From an uncultured Planctomycetaceae bacterium (lineage in GTDB: Bacteria > Planctomycetota > Planctomycetia > Planctomycetales > Planctomycetaceae): a stretch of 64,000 bases of DNA. Of the stretch, positions 31,201-41,812 are shown piece by piece. The stretch lies in assembly GCA_963815195.1 (NCBI GenBank), contig CAWFGE010000010.1, positions 384,001 through 448,000 on the forward strand, read 5' to 3'. The notes under the pieces were generated by a model that made no database searches, had not been told where the DNA came from, and was given only the letters and a program-made list of their open reading frames with translations. How positions within the stretch are numbered: position 1 is the first letter of the stretch; each line of letters starts with the position of its first letter. The position numbers and the translations under genes were made by a program.

Positions 31201-33188
31201 ATTGGGGATACCGTTGTCGAAGCCGATGAGTTTTTTAACATCGAACTGGACACGATCACCCTAAACGATGCCGCCATTGATCCCAGCCTTGTGACCGTCA
31301 GCGACGAAAAACCGGGAGACCGGCGGCAACAGGGAGTGATCCTCAACAGGCTCGACGGCATGCCCCCCGACGACCAATCCCAGCTCAGCTTGGCCTTTGC
31401 GGGGAAATTCCCCTCTCCAAACGGCGGCGATCCCATTGCACGCTTCGAGGTCACTTCGAGCAACGGCGTGCAAGAGGGATTCCAGGTCGACCTTGTGGTG
31501 GACCTTTTGAGCGTCAGCGGGGCATCGAGTGCGTTGACGTTCGCCGATTCCAATTCCCGAAGAACGGTCCGGGGCTCTTTCACCGGCAATCCGGGTGAGA
31601 GGCGGAGCATCGACGTGCCGATTCCTCCGTCGACGACGATGTTGAATGCCACGCTGGGGAATGTGTCGGCTGCGGGGGCTGGAGTGAATCCCGCAGATAT
31701 TCTTCCAGCGGCACTTTTGGCGATCACGCTTCCGGATAACGCGATGTTCGTCACCGCCGCCGGTCCGGGAGGCGGGCCTCACGTCAAAGTGTTCAAATCA
31801 TCGGGAATTAAAGAATTCTTTGCGTTTGGTGGCGGGTTCATAGGCGGAGTGCGGCTGGCGACGGGCGATGTGACCGGCGATGGCGTTTCAGACATCATCA
31901 CCGCTGCGGGACCGGGCGGCGGACCGGACGTGCGGGTGTTCGATGGTGTGACGCTTATGCAAATTAACGGTCCGTTGGGCGACTTTTATGCCTATCCTGG
32001 GAACTTCACCGGCGGCGTGTACGTGGCGGTGGCCGACCTGGACGGCGACAACCGCGCCAATATCATCACCGGTCCGGGCCAGGGCGGCGGCCCCAACGTG
32101 CGGGTCTTCCGGTCCAGCGACGGGGCGATGATCAGGAACTTCTACGCCTACCCGGGCGGCTTCGCGGGCGGCGTGCGAGTGGCCGCCGCCGATGTGAACG
32201 GCGACGGGACTCCGGACATTATTACCAGTCCGGGGCCGGGCGGCGGCCCGGACGTGCGGGTGTTCGATGGCACGACGAACGGAATGACGATTCCCGGTCC
32301 ATTGGGCGACTTCTATGCCTATCCGGGCAACTTCACCGGCGGCGTGTATGTTGCGGCCGCCGACTTGGACGGCGACAACCGGCCGGACATTATCACGGGA
32401 CCCGACGCGGGCGGCGGCCCCAACGTGCGCGTCTTTCGAGCCAGCGACGGGGCGATGATCATGGACTTCTACGCCTATGGTAACTTCACCGGCGGCGTGC
32501 GCGTGGCCGCCGCCGATGTGAATGGCGATGTTATCCCTGACATTATTACCACTCCCGGACCCGGCGGCGGACCGGACGTGCGGGTGTTCGACGGCACGAC
32601 GAACGGAATGACGATTCCCGGTCCATTGGGCGACTTCTACGCGTATGGTAACTTCACCGGCGGCGTGTATGTTGCGGCCGCGGATGCAATCGCCGGCATT
32701 GACGTGGATGTCATTGCGGAAGCCGGCGCAGGCGGCGGCAACGCTGCCCCTCAGCGCAATCCGATCTGCCCCCGCTTGTGGACGAGGCAATCCGGGAGTT
32801 CGAGCAAGCTGGCCTTGCTGCTCCCGGTGCCTTGTCGAACGTGAATATTCAAATCGTGGACTTGCCAGGCGATGAACTGGCGGAAGCCATCGGCAACACG
32901 ATTCTTTTGGATGTCGATGCCGCCGGTTTTGGCTGGTTCATCGATCCCACCCCGGCGGACGATGTGGAATTCCAAACGGGTGCTCCCGAAGTCCAGGGAC
33001 GCGTGGACCTGCTCACCGTCATCACCCACGAATTCGGCCACGTGTTAGGGCTAACTCGTGACAACGATCACGCGAGCTTCATGTCTGACCAATTGCCATT
33101 AGGCACCAGATATCGAATTGAAGAGGAAGATCACTCGGCACTGGATTCCATCTTCGCGAACCCATCGCTGTCCGAATTGCTATTGTGA
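28220..33188 (+). CDS. Large surface protein: Planctomycete LExRxLL motif, Calx-beta, LVIVD repeats, FG-GAP-like repeats, C-terminal HExxH domain; frameshifted
   Basis: EVLEDRTLL; repeated VQVVGNLAYVAD..GLRVLDVSNPA; repeated GPGGGPDVRVFDG; LTVITHEFGHVLGL; indels near 29915 and 32750. Confidence 0.85.
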
Positions 33189-33974
33189 CTCCGCTCCTGC
33201 GACTGGCCGGCAGCACGTTGACCTCGGCCGCGCTTCAAACCATCGTCTCCGCCGCGATCACCCGCTTGGCCGCCGCGGGCCTGGATACCTCGATCCCGGC
33301 CGATGCCCAAGTTCGAGTCGCCAACCTGGATGACGAATTGGGCCTCGCCGGTTCGCAGTTGGTGCTGATCGATGATGACGCGGCCGGTGCGGGCTGGTTC
33401 ATCGATGCCACTCCGTTCGATGATTGGCGATTATGAAGCGCTCACCGATGATTCCGAGTTCGCCTCCACGTCAGCGGCCAACGAACTAGCCGCCGCAACG
33501 GGAAGCCCCGCGGCGGGGCAGGCGCATTTCCTCACGGTGGTCATGCACCAACTCAGCCACCTGTTGGGCTACGGCGACTTGGATCCGGCTTACTCGCCGC
33601 ACGAACTCATGACCGGCAGCCTGGGCACCGGCACCCGCCGACTGTTCAGCGGCGAACCGTCCCAAAAGGCGGGCTCGGAATCGCCAGCCCGCGCATCAAC
33701 CGCTGCGGGAGTCGAATCCGTCCCCGCGGCCGAGATCGATACGAGCCTGCTTCACACGGGCAACTCCAGCGGCACGCCATTGGGCATCGTCTCTGAAACG
33801 GATTCCAACGAAGACACGGTAACCACACACGCAGCGACCGTGGAACCACTGGCCCACCAAACGGACTACGCGGCCATCGACGACCTGTTCGCCGCCGTCG
33901 CAGAGGTTCACCGTGGGAGCCCAGCTCTGGGACCAACTTGGAATCTAGCAACAAAACCGCCTGCCCCAGCGTGA
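33185..33974 (+). pseudogene. Orphan C-terminal fragment of a related surface protein (degenerate HExxH domain)
   Basis: IDDDAAGAGWFIDATPFDD parallels LDVDAAGFGWFIDPTPADD upstream; LTVVMHQLSHLLG (E replaced by Q); frameshift near 33425. Confidence 0.7.
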
Positions 33975-34036
33975 CGAAGACCGCTGAGCGTCAAGAGCGT
34001 CAGGCGAATGACTTTCGGCCTGTGGCTTCCGTTTTG

Positions 34037-34267
34037 TCAGTCTTCCGCATCGAGCGGGGCGGATTCGCAGGAGGCCATAGCGTCGGATACGATGCCGATC
34101 CATCGGCAGGTTTCGCACTCGCAGGGGGAACTCGCTTCCCAGGCCGAAGTGAGCGTCACCGGTTCCGTGAGCTGGTATTCGTCGGCCGCGTGAAAATACG
34201 CCGTGACGTATCCCTGAAGTTGGATTTCGATTCTTAAAAGCTGTCCCTGGCAATTCGGACATCGCAT
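34037..34267 (-). CDS. Small Cys-rich putative Zn-binding protein, copy 1
   Basis: MRCPNC...CECETC, 76 aa; close paralog at 60079-60309. Confidence 0.75.
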   Translation of the reverse strand: MRCPNCQGQLLRIEIQLQGYVTAYFHAADEYQLTEPVTLTSAWEASSPCECETCRWIGIVSDAMASCESAPLDAED

Positions 34268-34442
34268 GGTGCGCCTGACTTTCCAAATTACTGATTTGTT
34301 TTCGAATGCCGCTCGCTCGCACCACTCGGTGGAGGAGATTCGGCTGAAGTTTCGGTGCGACAAAGTTGCGTTTCGGGCGTTTCTTCAGATTCTTGTGGCG
34401 CGACAAAGCGAGGGACCACCCAACGCGGCCGATACGAGCCGG

Positions 34443-35012
34443 TTATGACGGCGTGGCGGGGACTTCGCGATTCGATCGGAACTCGGGATGGTTGAACCAT
34501 TCGTTGACCGGTCCCAGGCGGGGAGCGATGGGGCCGGGCGGGGATTCGCGTTTGTCGGCGAGCCGGCGGATGCGGTGGAAGAGTTTTTCCCGTTCCTGGG
34601 AGAACTCGCGGTTTCGCCGGGCCATGACTTTGCGGGCGATCTCGGCTCCGCGAAACTCGTCAAAGGTCGTCCAGTCCTCGCCGTCGATCCACACGAAGCT
34701 GGGCACGAACTTCGGGCTTTGGGAGGCGAACACGCTGCTGCAAAAGCCGATGACCGCGCCGGTGGGGAAGCTCACGTTGATGCCGAGTTTGCTGTAATCG
34801 CCCACGAGCATGCCCACGAACATTTCGCCGGTTTCGACAGGTTGGCCGTTGATGGGCACCCGCACGGTGCCGTAGGCGTTTTTGAGGTCGCTGTTGATGC
34901 AGTCGGCGGCGGTGTTGACCCAGGTGCCCACGTAGCTATGGCCCCAAAAGCCATCGTGCTGTTTGTTGGAGTAGCCGTGGATGATGCTGGCTTCGATCTC
35001 GCCGCACAGCCG
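34443..35012 (-). pseudogene. 3' fragment of GlmU-like putative sugar nucleotidyltransferase
   Basis: GEIEASIIHGYSNKQHDGFWGHSYVGTWVN...NSDLKN.YG; no 5' portion upstream. Confidence 0.75.
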
Positions 35013-35470
35013 CGCAGCCGCGATGCGCGTGAAGCTGAGAGGACGAGATTGACGACGTCATTCCAAACAGGGACGCACGGCAAACCGCACGCAGTATCGG
35101 TTGATGTTTCGACCGCCAAGGCGGGTTCTTTCCGGAAACGGCCGAATCGATTCCTCGATCAGGCCGGGCGGCGCAGATCTTGGGAAGGGTCAAAAACCGC
35201 CGAGCGGCGCCGCGTCGAACTGTCGGGGCCAAGCGAAAATTTTTTCGACGTTTGATACCCACGCGAAGCGGCTGGAATTTCCGGCGTTTCGTCCGCAGGA
35301 AACGTCCAGGGGGACTCCATGTCTTGATCCTGCTCCTTGCGCGAACGCGAACACGGCTGTGCCGGCGGCTCGGGGGCACTTTGCTTCGTTCACTTTTGTT
35401 GTCTAATGTGTAGAATAGCCAGCATCGTCAAATACCCCGGGGCCTCGTTCTGACAAAGTGAGTGAAATTC

Positions 35471-36122
35471 ATGCCCACCGAACCCGAAGACTTCACGCCG
35501 GCGGCGATCGGCCACCAGCGGCTCAACGAACTCTTGGAGCGGCTCTGCGAACGCGGACTGACGCAGGTCCAGATCGCGTCGAAAGCCGGGCTGCCGCCGC
35601 AGTACATCTCCGACATTAAACACGGCCGGCGCCCGATGACCGAACTGGTCGCCCGCCGGTTCGGCGACGAGTTTGACTTCAATTTCCAATGGCTTTTGGG
35701 CACGAGCGATTCCATGGACAACCCGTCGCCCCGCGCGGTGGCCGCCGCGGGCAGTGCGGTTTGGCTGCCGTTGTTCTCGTCTCCCATCGCCGGCGAGCCG
35801 CGCCAGCACCCCTATTGGAACGGCGCCGGCGTGGAACTCGCCGGTGCCGCGGCCGGGAAAGTCGGCCTGGCGAAACACCCCTACGTTCTCCAATTCGGTC
35901 ATGACGACGTCCAAGGCCGCCTCCGCCGCGGCGATTTAATCTTGATCTCCCAGGCCGCCCATGACGACGCCGAGATTTCTGTCCTGAGCCGCGGCAAGAG
36001 CTTGTTTCTGGCGCAGGGATCAGGACGGCTCCTGGTCGCGAATTGCAAACGGCAAGCCGCTGCCCGACGGGTGTCCGATCACGGGGCACTGCATCGGAAT
36101 CATCTGGTCGGCGCTTGTCTGA
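35471..36122 (+). CDS. XRE/CI-like HTH repressor with S24-like C-terminal domain (indel near 36010)
   Basis: GLTQVQIASKAGLPPQYISDIKHGRR...QWLLG; C-terminal PIAG...GDLILIS; corrected frame ends ITGHCIGIIWSALV. Confidence 0.7.
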
Positions 36123-36334
36123 TTCGCAACCGTTGGAGCCCACCCGACCGGGATGGGCCCGAAGGCTCGCGGGTTAGCTCTCGGGAAACGCTTTGCAGCC
36201 GGGTCGACGCGGCGGCTGCCGTGGCGGACCATAAAAAAATCAGACGGCGAAACGAATCGCGGCTCGTTTCAAAATCTCGCCCCGTCTTTCAGCCGCCGGG
36301 TCGCCCGGCCCGGCGGCTGCTGACACAGGTCAAA

Positions 36335-36346
36335 TTGTCAAAGAAC
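36335..36346 (-). promoter_or_regulatory. boxA-like antitermination motif
   Basis: GTTCTTTGACAA on the minus strand, downstream of the 38637-36453 gene run. Confidence 0.35.
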
Positions 36347-36452
36347 GGTCCGGACACGCAGTCGCGCCGGCCGGCCCGATCGAATGGGAGCCGGAAGAAA
36401 GAATCGCCGGAGGACTCGAAACACAGCCCAAACGGCAACTCCAATGTGGGTA

Positions 36453-36914
36453 TCAAATCTCCGAATCTTCGCTTTTGTGGGATTGCGGCAGGGAGGGCGT
36501 GGCAGGCGGCGGGACCCGGCGGGGCTTCCCCGTCTCGGGCCGCGGAGCGGTCGTAGTGCGGAGCTCGAGCTGTGCGAAGCGGTCGATCTGCCGCGTCAGC
36601 CGCAACTGCGTCTCGAGCGCGGGCAAGATCCGCTCGATCCGCTCGGGATTCGGCGGACCATTCTCAATGTCCTGCTCGATCGTCTCCTCCAACCAGAGCG
36701 CCAATCGCATGAGTCCGCTGTTGATCGAACCGAGATTCGTGCCCAAGGCGTCCTCTTTTTCGAGCGCATCGGCCAGATAATCCGTAATGCGGGTTAACCG
36801 TGCCGGATGCCGATCGGCCCACGACGAGGGCTGCCGCGAGGTCCGTGGCCCGCAATCAGAAGTTGGGTCGTCTCTGCGAATGGGGTCGTCTCTGGGATCA
36901 GACGTATTTTCCAT
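36453..36914 (-). CDS. Hypothetical helical protein
   Basis: GAGGA SD, overlaps upstream gene, operon-like. Confidence 0.6.
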   Translation of the reverse strand: MENTSDPRDDPIRRDDPTSDCGPRTSRQPSSWADRHPARLTRITDYLADALEKEDALGTNLGSINSGLMRLALWLEETIEQDIENGPPNPERIERILPALETQLRLTRQIDRFAQLELRTTTAPRPETGKPRRVPPPATPSLPQSHKSEDSEI

Positions 36915-37416
36915 GGGAGTCCTCCTCGAAAGCACAAACGGGTTTAGAAAAATCGTGGACAGTTTTTGGATTGAGGGTCCACCCGCGCGGTCTGCGGATA
37001 GCCCGTCCGTGAAACGCGAAGCCCTGGGCGTTGAGTAGGGGTTCCAACAGCCGTTTGGCCTCCGCGATCGCGCGGTTGGCGCGGCAGGTTCTCCTCTTCA
37101 GCTCTTTTGCGGTCTTCGACGTTTGCTGCAATACTGCAAGCTCCTCCCGGACGGCGGCGGTGCGCTGGGCGTTCCCGATATATCGAACCGTCTGCTTGCC
37201 GCCCGAGCGAAAGCGAAGCTTGTGGTACGTTCGATCTCCCCGCCGCTCTGCGCTCACAAATCCCTGGCGGGCAAGTTCCTCGAGGTCGTCCGCGGCAATC
37301 CGTAGAGAGCCCAGGACGGGGAACCGCGTGAAAGAATCGTTTGGGTTTCGATCCGGGTTCATTGGCCGTGGCGACATGCTCGTTCGTAATATCGGGAAAC
37401 GACGGGACCGTGACAA
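36898..37416 (-). CDS. Hypothetical basic protein, possibly nucleic-acid binding
   Basis: QGFVSAERRG..YHKLRFR.GGKQ.VRYIG followed by a coiled coil. Confidence 0.6.
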   Translation of the reverse strand: MSRSRRFPILRTSMSPRPMNPDRNPNDSFTRFPVLGSLRIAADDLEELARQGFVSAERRGDRTYHKLRFRSGGKQTVRYIGNAQRTAAVREELAVLQQTSKTAKELKRRTCRANRAIAEAKRLLEPLLNAQGFAFHGRAIRRPRGWTLNPKTVHDFSKPVCAFEEDSHGKYV

Positions 37417-37421
37417 TTACA

Positions 37422-38637
37422 TTACGGTTTGTAACTGGGCTTTTTCGTTTGACGTTTTAGTAGCTCTTTGTGGAGTTTGACGAAACTGTCCACCACGCAA
37501 AGTTGGTCCCGAATGTCGCGGGGGTGGGGCACGTGGTCTTCGCTCAGCCCTCCTTGGATTTGAGCGGTTCGGACGACTTCGAGCGACTGATACCAGAGGC
37601 CCATGAGTTCCGCGGCCGCGAGGAACAAGCACCGTTCGAGCGAATCGGCAGTCGACATCGCGTCCTTTAGCAGCGCTTCCACGACGTCCAAATCGAAGGT
37701 GCAACGAAAGGCCTCCAGCCGGGCGGCGATCTCGCTGGCACCGACGAGGCGTCCCGGCTTTCGAGCCTTTTCCAGAATGCGAAGCAGGTCGCGCCGCTTG
37801 GCCGGATAGTCGTTGGCGGCCTGGGTGCGGATATGTTCCAAAAATCCGTCCGCGGGCAGCGAGTATTCCGCACTTTCCCAGATGCACCTCCGCGCAAGAG
37901 CACTGTCCCGGAACCGGGTTGCGGCAAAAATGCTCTCGTGCTCGGGGGGATCCATCGGCCATACCTCGACGCGTTCGCCGACGTCGAATCCGTACGCATC
38001 TTCTATCTGTAGCAAATGCGAGACGAGTATCGACAGCCCTTCCGGGAACTGATGTTTGGGAAGCGCGAGGCTCGCACCCATGAGAAGCAGCTGATAGCCG
38101 TCGGTGGTGATCGCCGCAGGCTGCAGGGGATGGGAAACCGTGTGGTCGCACAGACGCCGGGCTTGGTCACCCCTGAGTTGGTCTAGGCCCGTGGAAATCG
38201 TCGCTGGGAGACCAAGCGAACGTAAGATGACCCAGTCCTCCGCCGAAAATGCCACGAAGATCTGCATCGTCTCTCCACTGAGTTCACGGGTGCGAAAATC
38301 CCGCGACACGTGGAAGGCCGGCGGATCGTCGGAGATGAGGGATCCTCGTTCGGTGACGATGTCGAACGGTGCCGCCGCTTTCGACGCGCAAAAAAAGGGC
38401 CGGGGTGCCTTCGCATTCGAGGACCGGATTGGGCTGGAATTCGCCGTCACTTTGGCGGAGGAGTACCCGGGCCGACACCAGGTCCTCGTGCTCGAATTCC
38501 GCTGTGAGCGACTCGACGAGGTCGGTTGCGGAGGTCAACTCCCGCATGTAGCGACTGGGGCGCAAAAAAGACCACGGCCCCGTCACCCTTACGGGCGGCA
38601 GGATCTTATAAATTCGCGAGAGGATTTTTCCGGACAC
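37422..38637 (-). CDS. Hypothetical protein (frameshifted near 38370), weak TOPRIM-like segment
   Basis: ORFs 38284-38637 and 37422-38450 join; IFVAFSAEDWVILRSLGLPATISTGL loosely resembles a primase TOPRIM strand-helix. Confidence 0.5.
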
Positions 38638-39122
38638 GGTCGTGGCGACTCCGTTCGTTTTGCTGATGGCCGAGAGCGTCCAGCGGCTTCTGCACGTAAT
38701 TCACTTTTATAGTACTTTCAATAGAACCTTCTGCGTTGTCAAGGCGTAAAGCCGTTTTTTTTCAAATTTCGGCATGAGTACCGGCGCTGAGCGTCTCCTC
38801 GGGTTTTCCTTGGGGGGAGGATTACGCGACACGCGCAATCGCCAAGCGGTCTGCGGCACTTAGCGGATATCGCGGGCGCGGTTAATGCTCAGCGGCCTTC
38901 AGAGAATTGGAAACGCAATCCAATTACCCGCAAATGGCTTGGGACGTCGGACACCTAAAAAAACGCCGAAAGTGCGCCAAAACAAATGCTGCCCGCGGCA
39001 TAGCTTTTGGAAAGGCCTTTTGAGTTAAGTCACAACCCGCGATTTCGGCCTGTCCGGCGGAGTTTCCCGGAATCTTTTCGCCGGTCAGCCCCATGAAAGG
39101 GGACCCCGTTGCAGTGCCCTTC

Positions 39123-39352
39123 TGCTCAAGCGGCTTTGGAAGTGCGGACGCTCGCACCGGGGTCCAAACGGCAAATTCCGTCGCCCGTTTTTGAGCATTG
39201 AATAGCATCCAGATAACCGAATCGCTTCGTGCGTCTAACGCCTCCGGATGGGTCTGATTGAAGACCGATCCGGGGGCGTTTTTTTGTGCGCTCTCGGAGC
39301 GGTCCGGGGGCGGTGTGTTTTTTTGACACGCCGCTCCCGGCGTGGGGGCGGC
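39123..39352 (+). ncRNA. Putative structured cis-regulatory leader RNA, copy 1
   Basis: Nested stems tgctcaag/tttgagca, tttgga/tccaaa, gtgcg/cgcac; terminator hairpin plus T-run at 39238-39285; alternative hairpins before the AAGGAGG SD. Confidence 0.5.
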
Positions 39353-39374
39353 CCTAATGAAGGAGGTCGTTCCC

Positions 39375-40025
39375 ATGACCCAACTCTCAACGCCTGCAGC
39401 CGACTTGAGCGCCACGTCTTCGCTTTCGAAAGCCCCTCCATCGGATGCCGCGTGGCACGCGACGTTTCTTCCGATGGTCCCCAAGATCAAAGAGCACGCG
39501 AGTTACCGCTTCCGCGGCTGGCCCGAGGATGTCCGAGAGGAGGCGATCCAAGAGACCCTCGCCAATGCCTGCCAGGCGTATGCCCGACTCGCCCAACGCG
39601 GTGCCACCGACTCAGCCACCTGGAGCAGTCTCGCCAAGTACGCCATCCGGCAAGTTCGGACGGGGCGGAAGGTGGGCGGCTCGCTCAACGTTCGCGATGT
39701 GAGTTCCCGCTATTGCCAACGGCATTACAACGTCACGGTTCAAAACCTCCATCGCTGGGACGATGAGAATCAGGAATGGACGGAGATGGTCGTGGAAGAC
39801 CGCCGGACCACTCCCGCCGACATCGCGGCGCTTCGGATCGACTTCCGGGAGTTCCTAAAATCCCTTTCCCGTCGCCACCGCAAGATCGCGCTCAAGCTCG
39901 CCAAGGGATATTCCACATCGGCTGTGGCCAGGATGTTCCATCTCTCCGTGGGCAGGATTTCCCAGATCCGGCGGGAACTTTTCGATGCCTGGCAAGCCTT
40001 CCACGGCGAGCCCGCCTGCGCCTGA
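39375..40025 (+). CDS. ECF-like sigma-70 family factor, copy 1
   Basis: AAGGAGG SD; region-2-like REEAIQETLANACQAY and region-4-like LKSLSRRHRKIA...GYSTSAVARMFHLSVGRISQIR. Confidence 0.65.
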   Translation: MTQLSTPAADLSATSSLSKAPPSDAAWHATFLPMVPKIKEHASYRFRGWPEDVREEAIQETLANACQAYARLAQRGATDSATWSSLAKYAIRQVRTGRKVGGSLNVRDVSSRYCQRHYNVTVQNLHRWDDENQEWTEMVVEDRRTTPADIAALRIDFREFLKSLSRRHRKIALKLAKGYSTSAVARMFHLSVGRISQIRRELFDAWQAFHGEPACA

Positions 40026-40113
40026 GCTTTGTCAGCATCTCCCACGCGGATTGACCGACTTCATCTCACTTCCTCCGTTCCCTTTCGGTACGAGCAATCA
40101 AGGAGATCCATTT

Positions 40114-40449
40114 ATGTCGTCCCCTTCCCCAAACGAAACCCATTCTCGAAACGGCGAGTCTTCAGGCTCTCTGGTCCCCGCCCGTCTTCCCGCGGCAGTT
40201 TTGATCTCGGCGTTGGAATTCGAAAAGCTCCAACTCCGAGAACGCCGCGAATCGCTCCGCCGAAAGATGGCGGAGGCGGAGGCAGAACTGGTGCGGCTCA
40301 CCAGCCGGCAGGCGGAACTCCAAAAGCTCGACGTGTCGCTCGATCGCTTGCTGAAATATCTGCAGGAGCACAGCTCCAATGAAGAACTGGGCAATGCCTC
40401 CCAGCCTTGCCGAGGCCTCGCCAACGCCGCCGTCGCCGGCACGTTTTGA
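40114..40449 (+). CDS. Small coiled-coil protein, copy 1
   Basis: AAGGAG SD; heptad-rich LEFEKLQLRERRESLRRKMAEAEAEL; conserved in copy 2. Confidence 0.7.
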   Translation: MSSPSPNETHSRNGESSGSLVPARLPAAVLISALEFEKLQLRERRESLRRKMAEAEAELVRLTSRQAELQKLDVSLDRLLKYLQEHSSNEELGNASQPCRGLANAAVAGTF

Positions 40450-40774
40450 TCGAGCCTGTGCCGGTTCTGCGATTCCGATAAAGCGAACGGAATCGCGATC
40501 GAGCCCACAATGGGCACCGCGCTATTTAAGAAAAGCGGAAGCCGAGTCTCCGACTCTTGTTGCTCACGCGCCGGGGACGTGTTTGGAGCGTTCCCGGTGC
40601 GTGAGTTGTTTTGATCAAAGAAGCTGGCGACAGAAGCCGTTTTTTAGCTCTCAGACGAAATCCCATTGAAGGCTCGGAAAGCATTCGGCGAGTTGCTGCT
40701 CGACTGCGAGGAGCAGACGGCGATCCTACGGCCAAAGAATCCAAGAAAAACCATGGAGGGAACGTGGGACCGAC

Positions 40775-41230
40775 GGCACGGCCAAATCGGCCGGCAACTC
40801 ATCGAGGAAAACCTGTTGGATGCGGTCGTGGGGCGGCCGGCGAATCGACTTTAAGGCACGGGGATTCCCGCCGCGGTTTTGTTGTTCAAAAAGCAGACGC
40901 CGTTTCGAAATGTTGATCTTCATCGACGCCAGCCGGGAGTATGAGCACGGCAAGAACCAGAACCGGCCAAAGGCCGAGCACATTGAAAAAAATGCCGCGG
41001 CGTACAAATCCCGGTGGATCATGGACAAGTACGCCTATGTCGCCGAGTTTGCCGAGATCGAGGAAAATGATTTCAACCTCAACATTCCCCGCTACGTGGA
41101 GCCCGTTGAGGAAGAAGAGGAAATCGACATTCGCCTTGCGCAGGAAGGGATCGATGCCCTCGATCCGGAGTTGGCCCAAGCCCACGAGCAGATGGCCGGG
41201 TATCGGAAGGAACTCAAACTGCTAGAATAA
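40775..41230 (+). pseudogene. hsdM: C-terminal remnant of type I RM methyltransferase
   Basis: RQLIEENLLDAVVG.PAN (stop) GTGIPAA...IFIDASREY..GKNQN...EIEENDFNLNIPRYV; in-frame stop and no 5' part. Confidence 0.85.
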
Positions 41231-41261
41231 AGAGAGACCCCGGATTTTGGAGAGACTCCGC

Positions 41262-41531
41262 ATGACAACAATTCACACAAGCGTGCAAAACGGCCGCACC
41301 AATGTCGCGGCTCTCGATGGCACCGAAGTCGTGGCGGAGATCGCTTGTGCCGCGAAGAACGATTCTCCGGAGGCCGATATTTTCACCGATTCGCCTGACT
41401 CGATCACCGCGCGGGTCGAGGCAGTCAATCAACTCGAACCGCTGATTTTTGGCGAAGGCGAAGAAGCAAAGATTCAAGCGGAACGAGAGGAACGCAGAAT
41501 AAATGATTCGACCGAGGAGGATCCGCTATGA
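41262..41531 (+). CDS. Antitoxin paralog (possibly degenerate)
   Basis: MTTIHTSVQNG..DGTEVV..DSPDSI..LEPLIF parallels the next ORF. Confidence 0.5.
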   Translation: MTTIHTSVQNGRTNVAALDGTEVVAEIACAAKNDSPEADIFTDSPDSITARVEAVNQLEPLIFGEGEEAKIQAEREERRINDSTEEDPL

Positions 41532-41812
41532 CAAGTATTCGTACCATCGTCCACGACCGCAAGATTGAAGTCCCCGCTCCCGATGATGTCCCGGATGGGA
41601 CCGAAGTGGTTGTTGAAGTGAGTCCCGCCCGCGAAAAGATCGGGCTGGACGACTCCGAATGGGATAACTCCCCCGAGGGAATCGCCCTGTGGCTGGCTTG
41701 GCTGAATACGCTCGAACCGATCTCCTTCGCCGAACCGGATGCGTTTGACGAGGAGTTTCGACGCTTCAATGTGGAAGCCGTGCGCCGACAGATGGACGGG
41801 GAGGCGTCGTGA
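41528..41812 (+). CDS. Putative antitoxin of a VapBC-like pair
   Basis: GAGGAGG SD; 4-nt overlap with the downstream PIN gene; PDDVPDGTEVVVEV. Confidence 0.65.
   Translation: MTSIRTIVHDRKIEVPAPDDVPDGTEVVVEVSPAREKIGLDDSEWDNSPEGIALWLAWLNTLEPISFAEPDAFDEEFRRFNVEAVRRQMDGEAS

Larger units (their letters stand above)
38929..40694 (+). repeat. 1.77-kb direct repeat, copy 1 (leader + sigma-like + coiled-coil ORF)
   Basis: Aligns with 48073-49841 from cgcaaa(t/c)ggcttgggacgtcg to gaaagcattcggcgagtt. Confidence 0.95.

Noticed and set aside
28740..32700. Regular ~126-bp and ~150-bp repeats as a CRISPR-like array or DGR template/variable repeats
   Set aside because: They are in-frame LVIVD and FG-GAP-like protein repeats; no reverse transcriptase and no adenine-specific variation apparent
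35068..35125. Possible c-di-GMP-I riboswitch (cgcacggcaaacc)
   Set aside because: Only the 5' motif matches; the GAAA loop and GGACGCAAAGC elements are missing
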